From contig CAXHJY010001747.1 of NCBI GenBank assembly GCA_964016885.1, forward strand, positions 1-64,000: 64,000 bases of DNA. The letters are read 5' to 3'. Below are positions 28,270-40,400 of the stretch, piece after piece. The number at the start of each line of letters is the position of its first letter. Positions within the stretch are counted from its first letter, which is position 1. Source of the stretch: Eledone cirrhosa. Taxonomy: Eukaryota. The position numbers and the translations under genes are program-made. The notes under the pieces were generated by a model. It was not told the DNA's origin, did no database searches, and saw only the letters and a list, made by a program, of their open reading frames with translations.

Positions 28270-29630
28270 TTGGTGTGGGTGGTACTGTTGGTGTTGGTGG
28301 TATTGTGGTGTTGGTGTTGGTGGTACTGTTGGTGTTGGTGGTATTGTTGGTGTTGGTGGTATTGTTGGTGTTGGTGGTATTGTGGTGTTGGTGTTGGTGG
28401 TACTGTTGGTGTTGGTGGTATTGTTGGTGTTGGTGGTACTGTTGGTGTTGGTGGTACTGTTGGTGTTGGTGGTATTGTTGGTGTTGGTGTTGGTGGTATT
28501 GTTGGTGTTGGTGGTATTGTTGGTGTTGGTGGTACTGTTGGTGTTGGTGGTACTGTTGGTGTGGGTGGTACTGTTGGTGTTGGTGGTATTGTTGGTGTTG
28601 GTGGTACTGTTGGTGTTGGTGGTATTGTTGGTGTTGGTGGTATTGTTGGTGTTGGTGGTATTATTGGTGTTGGTGGTATTGTTGGTGTTGGTGGTACTGT
28701 TGGTGTTGGTGGTATTGCTGGTGGTACTGCTGGTGTTGGTGGTACTGTTAGTGTTGGTGGTATTGTTGGTGTTGGTGGTACTGTTGGTGTTGGTGGTACT
28801 GTTGGTGTTGGTGGTACTGTTAGTTTTGGTGGTATTGTTGGTGTTGGTGGTACTGTTGGTGTTGGTGGTACTGTTGGTGTTGGTGGTATTGTTGGTGTTG
28901 GTGGTATTGTTGGTGTTGGTGGTACTGTTGGTGTGGTGGTACTGTTGGTGTTGGTGGTACTGTTGGTGTTGGTGGTATTGTTGGTGTTGGCGGTACTGTT
29001 GGTGTTGGTGGTATTGTTGGTGTTGGTGGTATTGTTGGTGTTGGTGGTACTGTTGGTGTTGTTGGTATTGTTGGTGGTATTGTTGGTGTTGGTGGTATTG
29101 TTTGTTTTGGTGGTATTGTTGGTGTTGGTGGTATTCTTGGTGTTGGCGTTGGTGGTTCTGTTGGTGTTGGTGGTATTGTTGGTGTTGGTGGTATTGTTGG
29201 TTTTGGTGGTATTGTTGGTGTTGGTGGTATTGTTGGTGTTGGTAGTATTGTTGGTGTTGGTGGTACTGTTGATGTTGGTGTTGGTGGTACTGTTGGTGTT
29301 GGTGGTATTGTTGGTGTTGGTGGTACTGTTAGTGTTGGTGGTATTGTTGGTGTTGGTGGTATTGTTGGTGTTGGTGGTATCGTTGGTTTTGGTGGTATTG
29401 TTGGTGTTGGTGGTACTGTTGGTGTTGGTGGTACTGCTGGTGTTGGTGGTACTGTTAGTGTTGGTGGTATTGTTGGTGTTGGTGGTATTGTTGGTGTTGG
29501 TGGTATCGTTGGTTTTGGTGGTATTGTTGGTGTTGGTGGTACTGTTGGTGTTGGTGGTACTGCTGGTGTTGGTGGTACTGTTGGTGTTCGTGGTACTGTT
29601 GGTGTTGGTGGTATTGTTGGTGTTGGTAGT
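28270..29630. repeat. Higher-order block C, copy 2
   Basis: Same marker series as copy 1 at offsets 16032-16050 (28718, 28934, 29101, 29147, 29271). Confidence 0.88.
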
Positions 29631-32019
29631 ATTGTTGGTTTTGGTAGTATTGTTGGTTTTGGTGGTATTCTTGGTGTTGGTGGTATTGTTGGTGTTGGTG
29701 GTACTGTTGGTGTTGGTGGTATTGTTGGTGTTGGTGGTATTGTTGGTGTTGGTGGTATTGTTGGTTTTGGTGGTATTGTTGGTGTTGGTGGTACTGTTGG
29801 TGTTGGTGGTACTGTTGGTGTTGGTGGTATTGTTGGTGTTGGTGGTATTGTTGGTTTTGGTGGTATTGTTGGTGTTGGTGGTATTGTTGGTGTTGTTGGT
29901 ACTGTTAGTGTTGGTGGTATTGTTGGTGTTGTTGGTATCGTTGGTGTTGGTGGTATTGTTGGTGTTGGTAGTATTGTTGGTGTTGGTGGTACTGTTGGTG
30001 TTGGTGGTATTGTTGGTGTTGGTGGTATTGTTGGTGTTGGTGGTATTGTTGGTGTTGGTGTTGGTGGTACTGTTGTGGTTGGTGGTATTGTTGGTGTTGG
30101 TGGTACTGTTGGTGTTGGTGTTGGTGGTACTGTTGTGGTTGGTGGTATTGTTGGTGTTGGTGGTATTGTTGGTGTTGGTGGTACTGTTAGTGTTGGTGGT
30201 ATTGTTGGTGTTGGTGGTATTGTCGGTGTTGGTGGTATTGTTGGTGTTGGTGGTATCGTTGGTTTTGGTGGTATTGTTGGTGTTGGTGGTATTGTTGGTG
30301 TTGGTGGTATCGTTGGTTTTGGTGGTACTGTTGGTGTTGGTGGTATTGTTGGTGTTGGTGGTACTGTTTATGTTGGTGGTACTGTTGGTGTTGGTGGTAT
30401 TGTTGGTGTTGGTGGTACTGTTGGTGTTGGTGGTATTGTTGGTGTTGGTGGTATTGTTGGTGTTGGTGGTACTGTTGGTGTTGGTGGTACTGTTGGTGTT
30501 GGTGGTATTGTTGGTGTTGGTGGTACTGTTGGTGTTGGTGGTATTGTTGGTGTTGGTGGTACTGTTGGTGTTGGTGGTACTGTTGGTGTTGGTGGTATTG
30601 TTGGTGTTGGTAGTATTGTTGGTGTTGGTGGTATTGTTGGTGTTGGTGGTATTGTTGGTGTTGGTGGTATTGTTGGTGTTGGTGGTACTGTTGGTTTTGG
30701 TGGTATTGTTGGTGTTGGTGGTATTGTTGGTGTTGGTGGTACTGTTGGTGTTGGTGGTACTGTCGGTGTTGGTGGTATTGTTGGTGTTGGTGGTACTGTT
30801 GGTGTTGGTGGTACTGTCGGTGTTGGTGGTATTGTTGGTGTTGGTGGTACTGTTGGTGTTGGTGGTATTGTTGGTGTTGGTGGTATTGTTGGTGTTGGTG
30901 GTATTGTTGGTGTTGGTGGTATTGTTGGTGTGGGTGGTACTGTTGGTGTTGGTGGTATTGTTGGTGTTGGTGGTATTGTTGGTGTTGGTGGTATTGTTGG
31001 TGTTGGTGGTATTGTTGGTGTTGGTGGTACTGTTGGTGTTGGTGGTATTGTTGGTGTTGGTGGTATTGTTGGTGTTGGTGGTATTGTTGGTGTTGGTGGT
31101 ATTGTTGGTGTTGGTGGTATTGTTGGTGTTGGTGGTATTGTTGGTGTTGGTGGTATTGTTGGTGTTGGTGGTACTGTTGGTGTTGGTGGTACTGTTGGTG
31201 TTGGTGGTATTGTTGGTGTTGGTGGAACTGTTGGTGTTGGTGGTATTGTTGGTGTTGGTGGTATTGTTGGTGTTGGTGGTATTGTTGGTGTTGGTGGTAT
31301 TGTTGGTGTGGGTGGTACTGTTGGTGTTGGTGGTATTGTTGGTGTTGGTGGTACTGTTGGTGTTGGTGGTACTGTTGGTGTTGGTGGTACTGTTGGTGTT
31401 GGTGGTATTGTTGGTGTTGGTGGTATTGTTGGTGTTGGTGGTATTGTTGGTGTTGGTGGTATTGTTGGTGTTGGTGGTATTGTTGGTGTTGGTGGAACTG
31501 TTGGTGTTGGTGGTATTGTTGGTGTTGGTGGTATTGTTGGTGTTGGTGGTATTGTTGGTGTTGGTGGTATTGTTGGTGTTGGTGGTATTGTTGGTGTTGG
31601 TGGAACTGTTGGTGTTGGTGGTATTGTTGGTGTTGGTGGTATTGTTGGTGTTGGTGGTATTGTTGGTGTTGGTGGTATTGTTGGTGTTGGTGGTACTGTT
31701 GGTGTTGGTGGTACTGTTGGTGTTGGTGGAACTGTTGGTGTTGGTGGTATTGTTGGTGTTGGTGGTATTGTTGGTGTTGGTGGTATTGTTGGTGTTGGTG
31801 GTATTGTTGGTGTTGGTGGTATTGTTGGTGTTGGTGGTATTGTTGGTGTTGGTGGTACTGTTGGTGTTGGTGGTACTGTTGGTGTTGGTGGTATTGTTGG
31901 TGTTGGTGGTATTGTTGGTGTTGGTGGTATTGTTGGTGTTGGTGGTATTGTTGGTGTTGGTGGTATTGTTGGTGTTGGTGGTATTGTTGGTGTTGGTGGT
32001 ATTGTTGGTGTTGGTGGTA

Positions 32020-32700
32020 TTGTTGGTGTTGGTGGTATTGTTGGTGTTGGTGGTACTGTTGGTGTTGGTGGTATTGTTGGTGTTGGTGGTATTGTTGGTG
32101 TTGGTGGTACTGTTGGTGTTGGTGGTATTGTTGGTGTTGGTGGTACTATTGGTGTTGGTGGTATTGTTGGTGTTGTTGGTATTGTTGGTGTTGGTGGTAT
32201 TGTTGGTGTTGGTGGTATTGTTGGTGTTGGTGGTATTGTTGGTGTTGGTGGTACTGTTGGTGTTGGTGGTATTGTTGGTGTTGGTTTTGTTGGTATTGTT
32301 GGTGTAGGTGGTACTGTTGGTGTTGGTGGTATTGTTGGTGTTGGTGGTATTGTTGGTGTTGGTGGTATTGTTGGTGTTGGTGGTACTGTTGGTGTTGGTG
32401 GTATTGTTGGTGTTGGTGGTATTGTTGGTGTTGGTGGTACTGTTGGTGTTGGTGGTATTGTTGGTGTTGGTGGTACTATTGGTGTTGGTGGTATTGTTGG
32501 TGTTGTTGGTATTGTTGGTGTTGGTGGTATTGTTGGTGTTGGTGGTATTGTTGGTGTTGGTGGTATTGTTGGTGTTGGTGGTACTGTTGGTGTTGGTGGT
32601 ATTGTTGGTGTTGGTTTTGTTGGTATTGTTGGTGTAGGTGGTACTGTTGGTGTTGGTGGTATTGTTGGTGTTGGTGGTATTGTTGGTGTTGGTGGTATTG
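32020..32700. repeat. Local 330-bp direct duplication, with a third related copy near 33.0-33.3 kb
   Basis: GGTTTTGTTGGTATTGTTGGTGTAGGT, with its TAG ending at 32307, 32637 and 33255 (these match ORF-track stops). Confidence 0.8.
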
Positions 32701-34485
32701 TTGGTGTTGGTGGTATTGTTGGTGTTGGTGGTATTGTTGGTGTTGGTGGTACTGTTGGTGTTGGTGTTACTGTTGGTGTTGGTGGTATTGTTGGTGTTGG
32801 TGGTATTGTTGGTGTTGGTGGTATTGTTGGTGTTGGTGGTACTGTTGGTGTTGGTGGTATTGTTGGTGTTGGTGGTATTGTTGGTGTTGGTGGTATTGTT
32901 GGTGTTGGTGGTATTGTTGGTGTTGGTGGTATCGTTGGTGTTGGTGGTATTGTTGGTGTTGGTGGTATTGTTGGTGTTGGTGGTATTGTTGGTGTTGGTG
33001 GTACTGTTGGTGTTGGTGGTATTGTTGGTGTTGGTGGTACTATTGGTGTTGGTGGTATTGTTGGTGTTGTTGGTATTGTTGGTGTTGGTGGTATTGTTGG
33101 TGTTGGTGGTATTGTTGGTGTTGGTGGTATTGTTGGTGTTGGTGGTACTGTTGGTGTTGGTGGTATTGTTGGTGTTGGTGGTATTGTTGGTGTTGGTGGT
33201 ATTGTTGGTGTTGGTGGTATTGTTGGTGTTGGTTTTGTTGGTATTGTTGGTGTAGGTGGTACTGTTGGTGTTGGTGGTACTGTTGGTGTTGGTGGTATTG
33301 TTGGTGTTGGTGGTATTGTTGGTGTTGGTGGTATTGTTGGTGTTGGTGGTACTGTTGGTGTTGGTGGTATTGTTGGTGTTGGTGGTACTGTTGGTGTTGG
33401 TGGTATTGTTGGTGTTGGTGGTATTGTTGGTGTTGGTGGTATTGTTGGTGTTGGTGGTATTGTTGGTGTTGGTGGTACTGTTGGTGTTGGTGGTACTGTT
33501 GGTGTTGGTGGTATTGTTGGTGTTGGTGGTATTGTTGGTGTTGGTGGTACTGTTGGTGTTGGTGGTACTGTTGGTGTTGGTGGTATTGTTGGTGTTGGTG
33601 GTATTGTTGGTGTTGGTGGTACTGTTGGTGTTGGTGGTACTGTTGGTGTTGGTGGTATTGTTGGTGTTGGTGGTATTGTTGGTGTTGGTGGTATTGTTGG
33701 TGTTGGTGGTATTGTTGGTGTTGGTGGTACTGTTAGTGTTGGTGGTATTGTTGGTGTTGGTGGTACTGTTGGTGTTGCTGGTACTGTTGGTGTTGGTGGT
33801 ATTGTTGGTGTTGGTGGTACTGTTGGTGTTGGTGGTACTGTTGGTGTTGGTGGTATTGTTGGTGTTGGTGGTATTGTTGGTGTCGGTGGTATTGTTGGTG
33901 TTGGTGGTACTGTTGGTGTTGGTGGTACTGTTGGTGTTGGTGGTATTGTTGGTGTTGGTGGTATTGTTGGTGTTGGTGGTATTGTTGGTGTTGGTGGTAT
34001 TGTTGGTGTTGGTGGTATTGTTGGTGTTGGTGGTACTGTTGGTGTTGGTGGTACTGTTGGTGTTGCTGGTACTGTTGGTGTTGGTGGTATTGTTGGTGTT
34101 GGTGGTACTGTTGGTGTTGGTGGTACTGTTGGTGTTGGTGGTACTGTTGGTGTTGGTGGTATTGTTGGTGTTGGTGGTATTGTTGGTGTTGGTGGTATTG
34201 TTGGTGTTGGTGGTATTGTTGGTGTTGGTGGTATTGTTGGTGTTGGTGGTACTGTTGGTGTTGGTGGTATTGTTGGTGTTGGTGGTATTGTTGGTGTTGG
34301 TGGTATTGTTGGTGTTGGTGGTATTGTTGGTGTTGGTGGTACTGTTGGTGTTGGTGGTACTGTTGGTCTTGGTGGTATTGTTGGTGTTGGTGGTATTGTT
34401 GGTGTTGGTGGTATTGTTGGTGTTGGTGGTACTGTTGGTGTTGGTGGTATTGTTGGTGTTGGTGGTACTGTTGGTGTTGGTGGTA

Positions 34486-37400
34486 CTATTGGTGTTGGTG
34501 GTACTGTTGGTGTTGGTGGTATTGTTGGTGTTGGTGGTATTGTTGGTGTTGTTGGTATTGTTGGTGTTGGTGGTATTGTTGGTGTTGGTGGTACTGTTGG
34601 TGTTGGTGGTATTGTTGGTGTTGGTGGTATTGTTGGTGTTGGTGGTATTGTTGGTGTTGGTGGTATTGTTGGTGTTGGTGGTATTGTTGGTGTTGGTGGT
34701 ATTGTTGGTGTTGTTGGTATTGTTGGTGTTGGTGGTATTGTTGGTGTTGGTGGTACTGTTGGTGTTGGTGGTATTGTTGGTGTTGGTGGTACTGTTGGTG
34801 TTGGTGGTATTGTTGGTGTTGGTGGTATTGTTGGTGTTGGTGGTATTGTTGGTGTTGGTGGTACTGTTGGTGTTGGTGGTATTGTTGGTGTGGGTGGTAC
34901 TGTTGGTGTTGGTGGTATTGTGGTGTTGGTGTTGGTGGTACTGTTGGTGTTGGTGGTATTGTTGGTGTTGGTGGTATTGTTGGTGTTGGTGGTACTGTTG
35001 GTGTTGGTGGTACTGTTGGTGTTGGTGGTATTGTTGCTGTGGGTGGTACTGTTGTTGTTGGTGGTATTGTTGGTGTTGGTGGTATTGTTGGTGTTGGTGG
35101 TATTATTGGTGTTGGTGGTATTGTTGGTGTTGGTGGTACTGTTGGTGTTGGTGGTATTGTTGGTGGTACTGTTGGTGTTGGTGGTATTGTTGGTGTTGGT
35201 GGTATTGTTGATGTTGGTGGTACTGTTGGTGTTGGTGGTACTGTTGGTGTTGGTGGTATTGTTGGTGTTGGTGGTATTGTTGGTGTTGGTGGTACTGCTG
35301 GTGTTGGTGGTACTGTTGGTGTTGGTGGTATTGTTGGTGGTACTGCTGGTGTTGGTGGTACTGTTAGTGTTGGTGGTATTGTTGGTGTTGGTGGTACTGT
35401 TGGTGTTGGTGGTACTGTTGGTGTTGGTGGTACTGTTAGTGTTGGTGGTATTGTTGGTGTTGGTGGTACTGTTGGTGTTGGTGGTACTGTTGGTGTTGGT
35501 GGTATTGTTGGTGTTAGTGGTATTGTTGGTGTTGGTGGTACTGTTGGTGTTGGTGGTACTGTTGGTGTTGGTGGTACTGTTAGTGTTGGTGGTATTGTTG
35601 GTGTTGGTGGTACTGTTGGTGTTGGTGGTATTGTTGGTGTTGGTGGTACTGTTGGTGTTGGTGGTATTGTTGGTGTTGGTGGTACTGTTGGTGTTGGTGG
35701 TATTGTTGGTGTTGGTGGTATTGTTGGTGTTGGTGGTATTGTTGGTGTTGGTGGTACTGTTGGTGTTGGTGGAACTGTTGGTGTTGGTGGTACTGTTGGT
35801 GTTGGTGGTATTGTTGGTGTTGGTGGTACTGTTGGTGTTGGTGGTACTGTTGGTGTTGGTGGTATTGTTGGTGTTGGTGGTACTGTTGGTGTTGTTGGTA
35901 TTGTTGGTGGTATTGTTGGTGTTGGTGGTATTGTTGGTTTTGGTGGTATTGTTGGTGTTGGTGGTATTGTTGGTTTTGGTGGTATTGTTGCTGTTGGTGG
36001 TACTGTTGGTGTTGGTGGTACTGTTGGTGTTGGTGGTATTGTTGGTGTTGGTGGTACTGTTGGTGTTGGTGGTATTGTTGGTGTTGGCGGTATTGTTGGT
36101 GTTGGTGTTGGTGGTACTGTTGGTGTTGGTGGTATTGTTGGTGTTGGTGGTACTGTTGGTGTTGGTGGTACTGTTGGTGTTGGTGGTATTGTTGGTGTTG
36201 GTGGTACTGTTGGTGTTGGTGGTATTGTTGGTTTTGGTGGTACTGTTGGTGTTGGTGGTACTGTTGGTGTTGGTGGTATTGTTGGTGTTGGTGGTATTGT
36301 TGGTGTTGGTGGTACTGTTGGTGTTGGTGGTATTGTTGGTGTTGGTGGTATTGTTGGTGTTGGTGGTATTGTTGGTGTTGGTGGTATTGTTGGTGTTGGT
36401 GGTACTGTTGGTGTTGGTGGTATTGTTGGTGTTGGTGGTACTGTTGGTGTTGGTGGTATTGTTGGTGTTGGTGGTATTGTTGGTGTTGGTGGTACTGTTG
36501 GTGTTGGTGGTATTGTTGGTGTTGGTGGTACTGTTGGTGTTGGTGGTATTGTTGGTTTTGGTGGTGCTGTTGGTGTTGGTGGTATTGTTGGTGTTGGTGG
36601 TATTGTTGGTGTTGGTGGTACTGTTGGTGTTGGTGGTATTGTTGGTGTTGGTGGTATTGTTGGTGTTGGTGGTATTGTTGGTGTTGGTGGTATTGTTGGT
36701 GTTGGTGGTACTGTTGGTGTTGGTGGTATTGTTGGTGTTGGTGGTACTGTTGGTGTTGGTGGTATTGTTGGTGTTGGTGGTATTGTTGGTGTTGGTGGTA
36801 CTGTTGGTGTTGGTGGTATTGTTGGTGTTGGTGGTACTGTTGGTGTTGGTGGTATTGTTGGTTTTGGTGGTACTGTTGGTGTTGGTGGTATTGTTGGTGT
36901 TGGTGGTATTGTTGGTGTTGGTGGTACTGTTGGTGTTGGTGGTATTGTTGGTGTTGGTGGTATTGTTGGTGTTGGTGGTATTGTTGGTGTTGGTGGTATT
37001 GTTGGTGTTGGTGGTACTGTTGGTGTTGGTGGTATTGTTGGTGTTGGCGGTATTGTTGGTGTTGGTGTTGGTGGTACTGTTGGTGTTGGTGGTATTGTTG
37101 GTGTTGGTGGTACTGTTGGTGTTGGTGGTATTGTTGGTGTTGGTGGTACTGTTGGTGTTGGTGGTATTGTTGGTTTTGGTGGTATTGTTGGTGTTGGTGG
37201 TATTGTTGGTGTTGGTGGTATTGTTGGTGTTGGTGGTATTGTTGGTGTTGGTGGTATTGTTGGTGTTGGTGGTATTGTTGGTGTTGGTGGTATTGTTGGT
37301 GTTGGTGGTATTGTTGGTGTTGGTGGTATTGTTGGTGTTGGTGGTATTGTTGGTGTTGGCGGTATTGTTGGTGTTGGTGTTGGTGGTATTGTTGGTTTTG

Positions 37401-40400
37401 GTGGTATTGTTGGTGTTGGTGGTATTGATGGTGTTGGTGGTATTGTTGGTGTTGGTGGTATTGTTGGTGTTGGTGGTACTGTTGGTGTTGGTGGTATTGT
37501 TGGTGTTGGTGGTATTCTTGGTGTTGGTGTTGGTGGTTCTGTTGGTGTTGGTGGTATTGTTGGTGTTGGTGGTATTGTTGGTTTTGGTGGTATTGTTGGT
37601 GTTGGTGGTACTGTTGGTGTTGGTGTTGGTGGTACTGTTGGTGTTGGTGGTATTGTTGGTGTTGGTGGTACTGTTGGTGTTGGTGGTACTGTTGGTGTTG
37701 GTGGTACTGTTGGTGTTGGTGGTACTGTTGGTGTTGGTGGTACTGTTGGTGTTGGTGGTACTGTTGGTGTTGGTGGTATTGTTGGTGTTGGTAGTATTGT
37801 TGGTTTTGGTGGTATTCTTGGTGTTGGTGTTGGTGGTTCTGTTGGTGTTGGTGGTATTGTTGGTGTTGGTGGTATTGTTGGTGTTGGTGGTATTGTTGGT
37901 GTTGGTGGTACTGTTAGTGTTGGTGGTATTGTTGGTGTTGGTGGTATTGTTGGTGTTGGTGGTATTGTTGGTGTTGGTAGTATTGTTGGTGTTGGTGGTA
38001 CTGTTGGTGTTGGTGTTGGTGGTACTGTTGTGGTTGGTGGTATTGTTGGTGTTGGTGGTATTGTTGGTGTTGGTGGTACTGTTAGTGTTGGTGGTATTGT
38101 TGGTGTTGGTGGTATTGTTGGTGTTGGTGGTATTGTTGGTGTTGGTGGTATCGTTGGTTTTGGTGGTATTGTTGGTGTTGGTGGTACTGTTGGTGTTGGT
38201 GTTGGTGGTACTGTTGTGGTTGGTGGTATTGTTGGTGTTGGTGGTACTGTTGGTGTTGGTGTTGGTGGTACTGTTGTGGTTGGTGGTATTGTTGGTGTTG
38301 GTGGTATTGTTGGTGTTGGTGGTACTGTTAGTATTGGTGGTATTGTTGGTGTTGGTGGTATTGTTGGTGTTGGTGGTATTGTTGGTGTTGGTGGTATCGT
38401 TGGTTTTGGTGGTATTGTTGGTGTTGGTGGTACTGTTGGTGTTGGTGGTACTGTTGGTGTTGGTGGTACTGTTGGTGTTGGTGGTACTGTTGGTGTTGGT
38501 GGTATTGTTGGTGTTGGTGGTATTGTTGGTGTTGGTGGTACTGTTGGTGTTGGTGGTATTGTTGGTGTTCGTGGTACTGTTGGTGTTGGTGGTATTGTTG
38601 GTGTTGGTGGTATTGTTGGTGTTGGTGGTACTGTTGGTGTTGGTGGTATTGTTGGTGTTGGTGGTATTGTTGGTTTTGGTGGTATTGTTGGTGTTGGTGG
38701 TATTGTTGGTGTTGTTGGTATTGTTGGTGTTGGTGGTACTGTTGGTGTTGTTGGTACTGCTGGTGTTGGTGGTATTGTTGGTATTGGTGGTATCGTTGGT
38801 TTTGGTGGTATTGTTGGTGTTTGTGGTACTGTTGGTGTTGGTGGTACTGTTGGTGTTGGTGGTATTGTTGGTGTTGGTGGTACTGTTGGTGTTGGTGGTA
38901 CTGTTGGTGTTGGTGGTATTGTTGGTGTTGGTGGTATTGTTGGTGTTGGTGGTATTGTTGGTGTTGGTGGTACTGTTGGTGTTGGTGGTACTGTTGGTGT
39001 TGGTGGTATTGTTGGTGTTGGTGGTATTGTTGGTGTTGGTGGTATTGTTGGTGTTGTTGGTATTGTTGGTGTTGGTGGTACTGTTGGTGTTGGTAGTATT
39101 GTTGGTGTTGGTGGTATTGTTGGTGTTGTTGGTATTGTTGGTGTTGGTGGTATTGTTGGTGTTGGTGGTATTGTTGGTGTTGGTGGTATTGTTGGTGTTG
39201 GTGGTACTGTTGGTGTGGGTGGTACTGTTGGTGTTGGTGGTACTGTTGGTGTTGGTGGTATTGTTGGTGTTGGTGGTATTGTTGGTGTTGGTGGTATTGT
39301 TGGTGTTGGTGGTATTGTTGGTGTTGGTGGTATTGTTGGTGTTGGTGGTACTGTTGGTGTTGGTGGTATTGTTGGTGTTGTTGGTATTGTTGGTGTTGGT
39401 GGTATTGTTGGTGTTGGTGGTACTGTTGGTGTTGGTGGTATTGTTGGTGTTGGTGGTATTGTTGGTGTTGGTGCTGGTGGTATTGTTGGTTTTGGTGGTA
39501 TTGTTGGTGTTGGTGGTATTGTTGGTGTTGGTGGTACTGTTGGTGTTGGTGGTACTGTTGGTGTTGGTGGTATTGTTGGTGTTGGTGGTATTGTTGGTGT
39601 TGGTGCTGGTGGTATTGTTGGTTTTGGTGGTATTGTTGGTGTTGGTGGTATTGTTGGTGTTGGTGGTACTGTTGGTGTTGGTGGTATTGTTGGTGTTGGT
39701 GGTATAGTTGGTGTTGGTGGTATTGTTGGTGTTGGTGGTATTGTTGGTGTTGGTGGTACTGTTGGTGTTGGTGGTATTGTTGGTGTGGGTGGTACTGTTG
39801 GTGTTGGTGGTATTGTTGGTGTTGGTGGTATTGTTGGTTTTGGTGGTACTGTTGGTGTTGGTGGTATTGTTGGTGTTGGTGGTATTGTTGGTGTTGGTGG
39901 TATTGTTGGTGTTGGTGGTATTGTTGGTGTTGGTGGTATTGTTGGTGTTGGTGGTATTGTTGGTGTTGGTGGTATTGTTGGTGTTGGTGGTATTGTTGGT
40001 GTGGGTGGTACTGTTGGTGTTGTTGGTATTGTTGGTGTTGGTGGTATTGTTGGTGTTGGTGGTACTGTTGGTGTTGGTGGTATTGTTGGTGTTCGTGGTA
40101 TTGTTGGTGTTGGTGGTATTGTTGGTGTTGGTGGTATTGTTGGTGTTGGTGGTATTGTTGGTGTTGGTGGTATTGTTGGTGTTGGTGGTATTGTTGGTGT
40201 TGGTGGTACTGTTGGTGTTGGTGGTATTGTTGGTGTTGGTGGTACTATTGGTGTTGGTGGTATTGTTGGTGTTGTTGGTATTGTTGGTGTTGGTGGTATT
40301 GTTGGTGTTGGTGGTACTGTTGGTGCTGGTGGTACTGTTGGTGTTGGTGGTACTGTTGGTGTTGGTGGCATTGTTGGTGTTGTTGGTATTGTTGGTGTTG

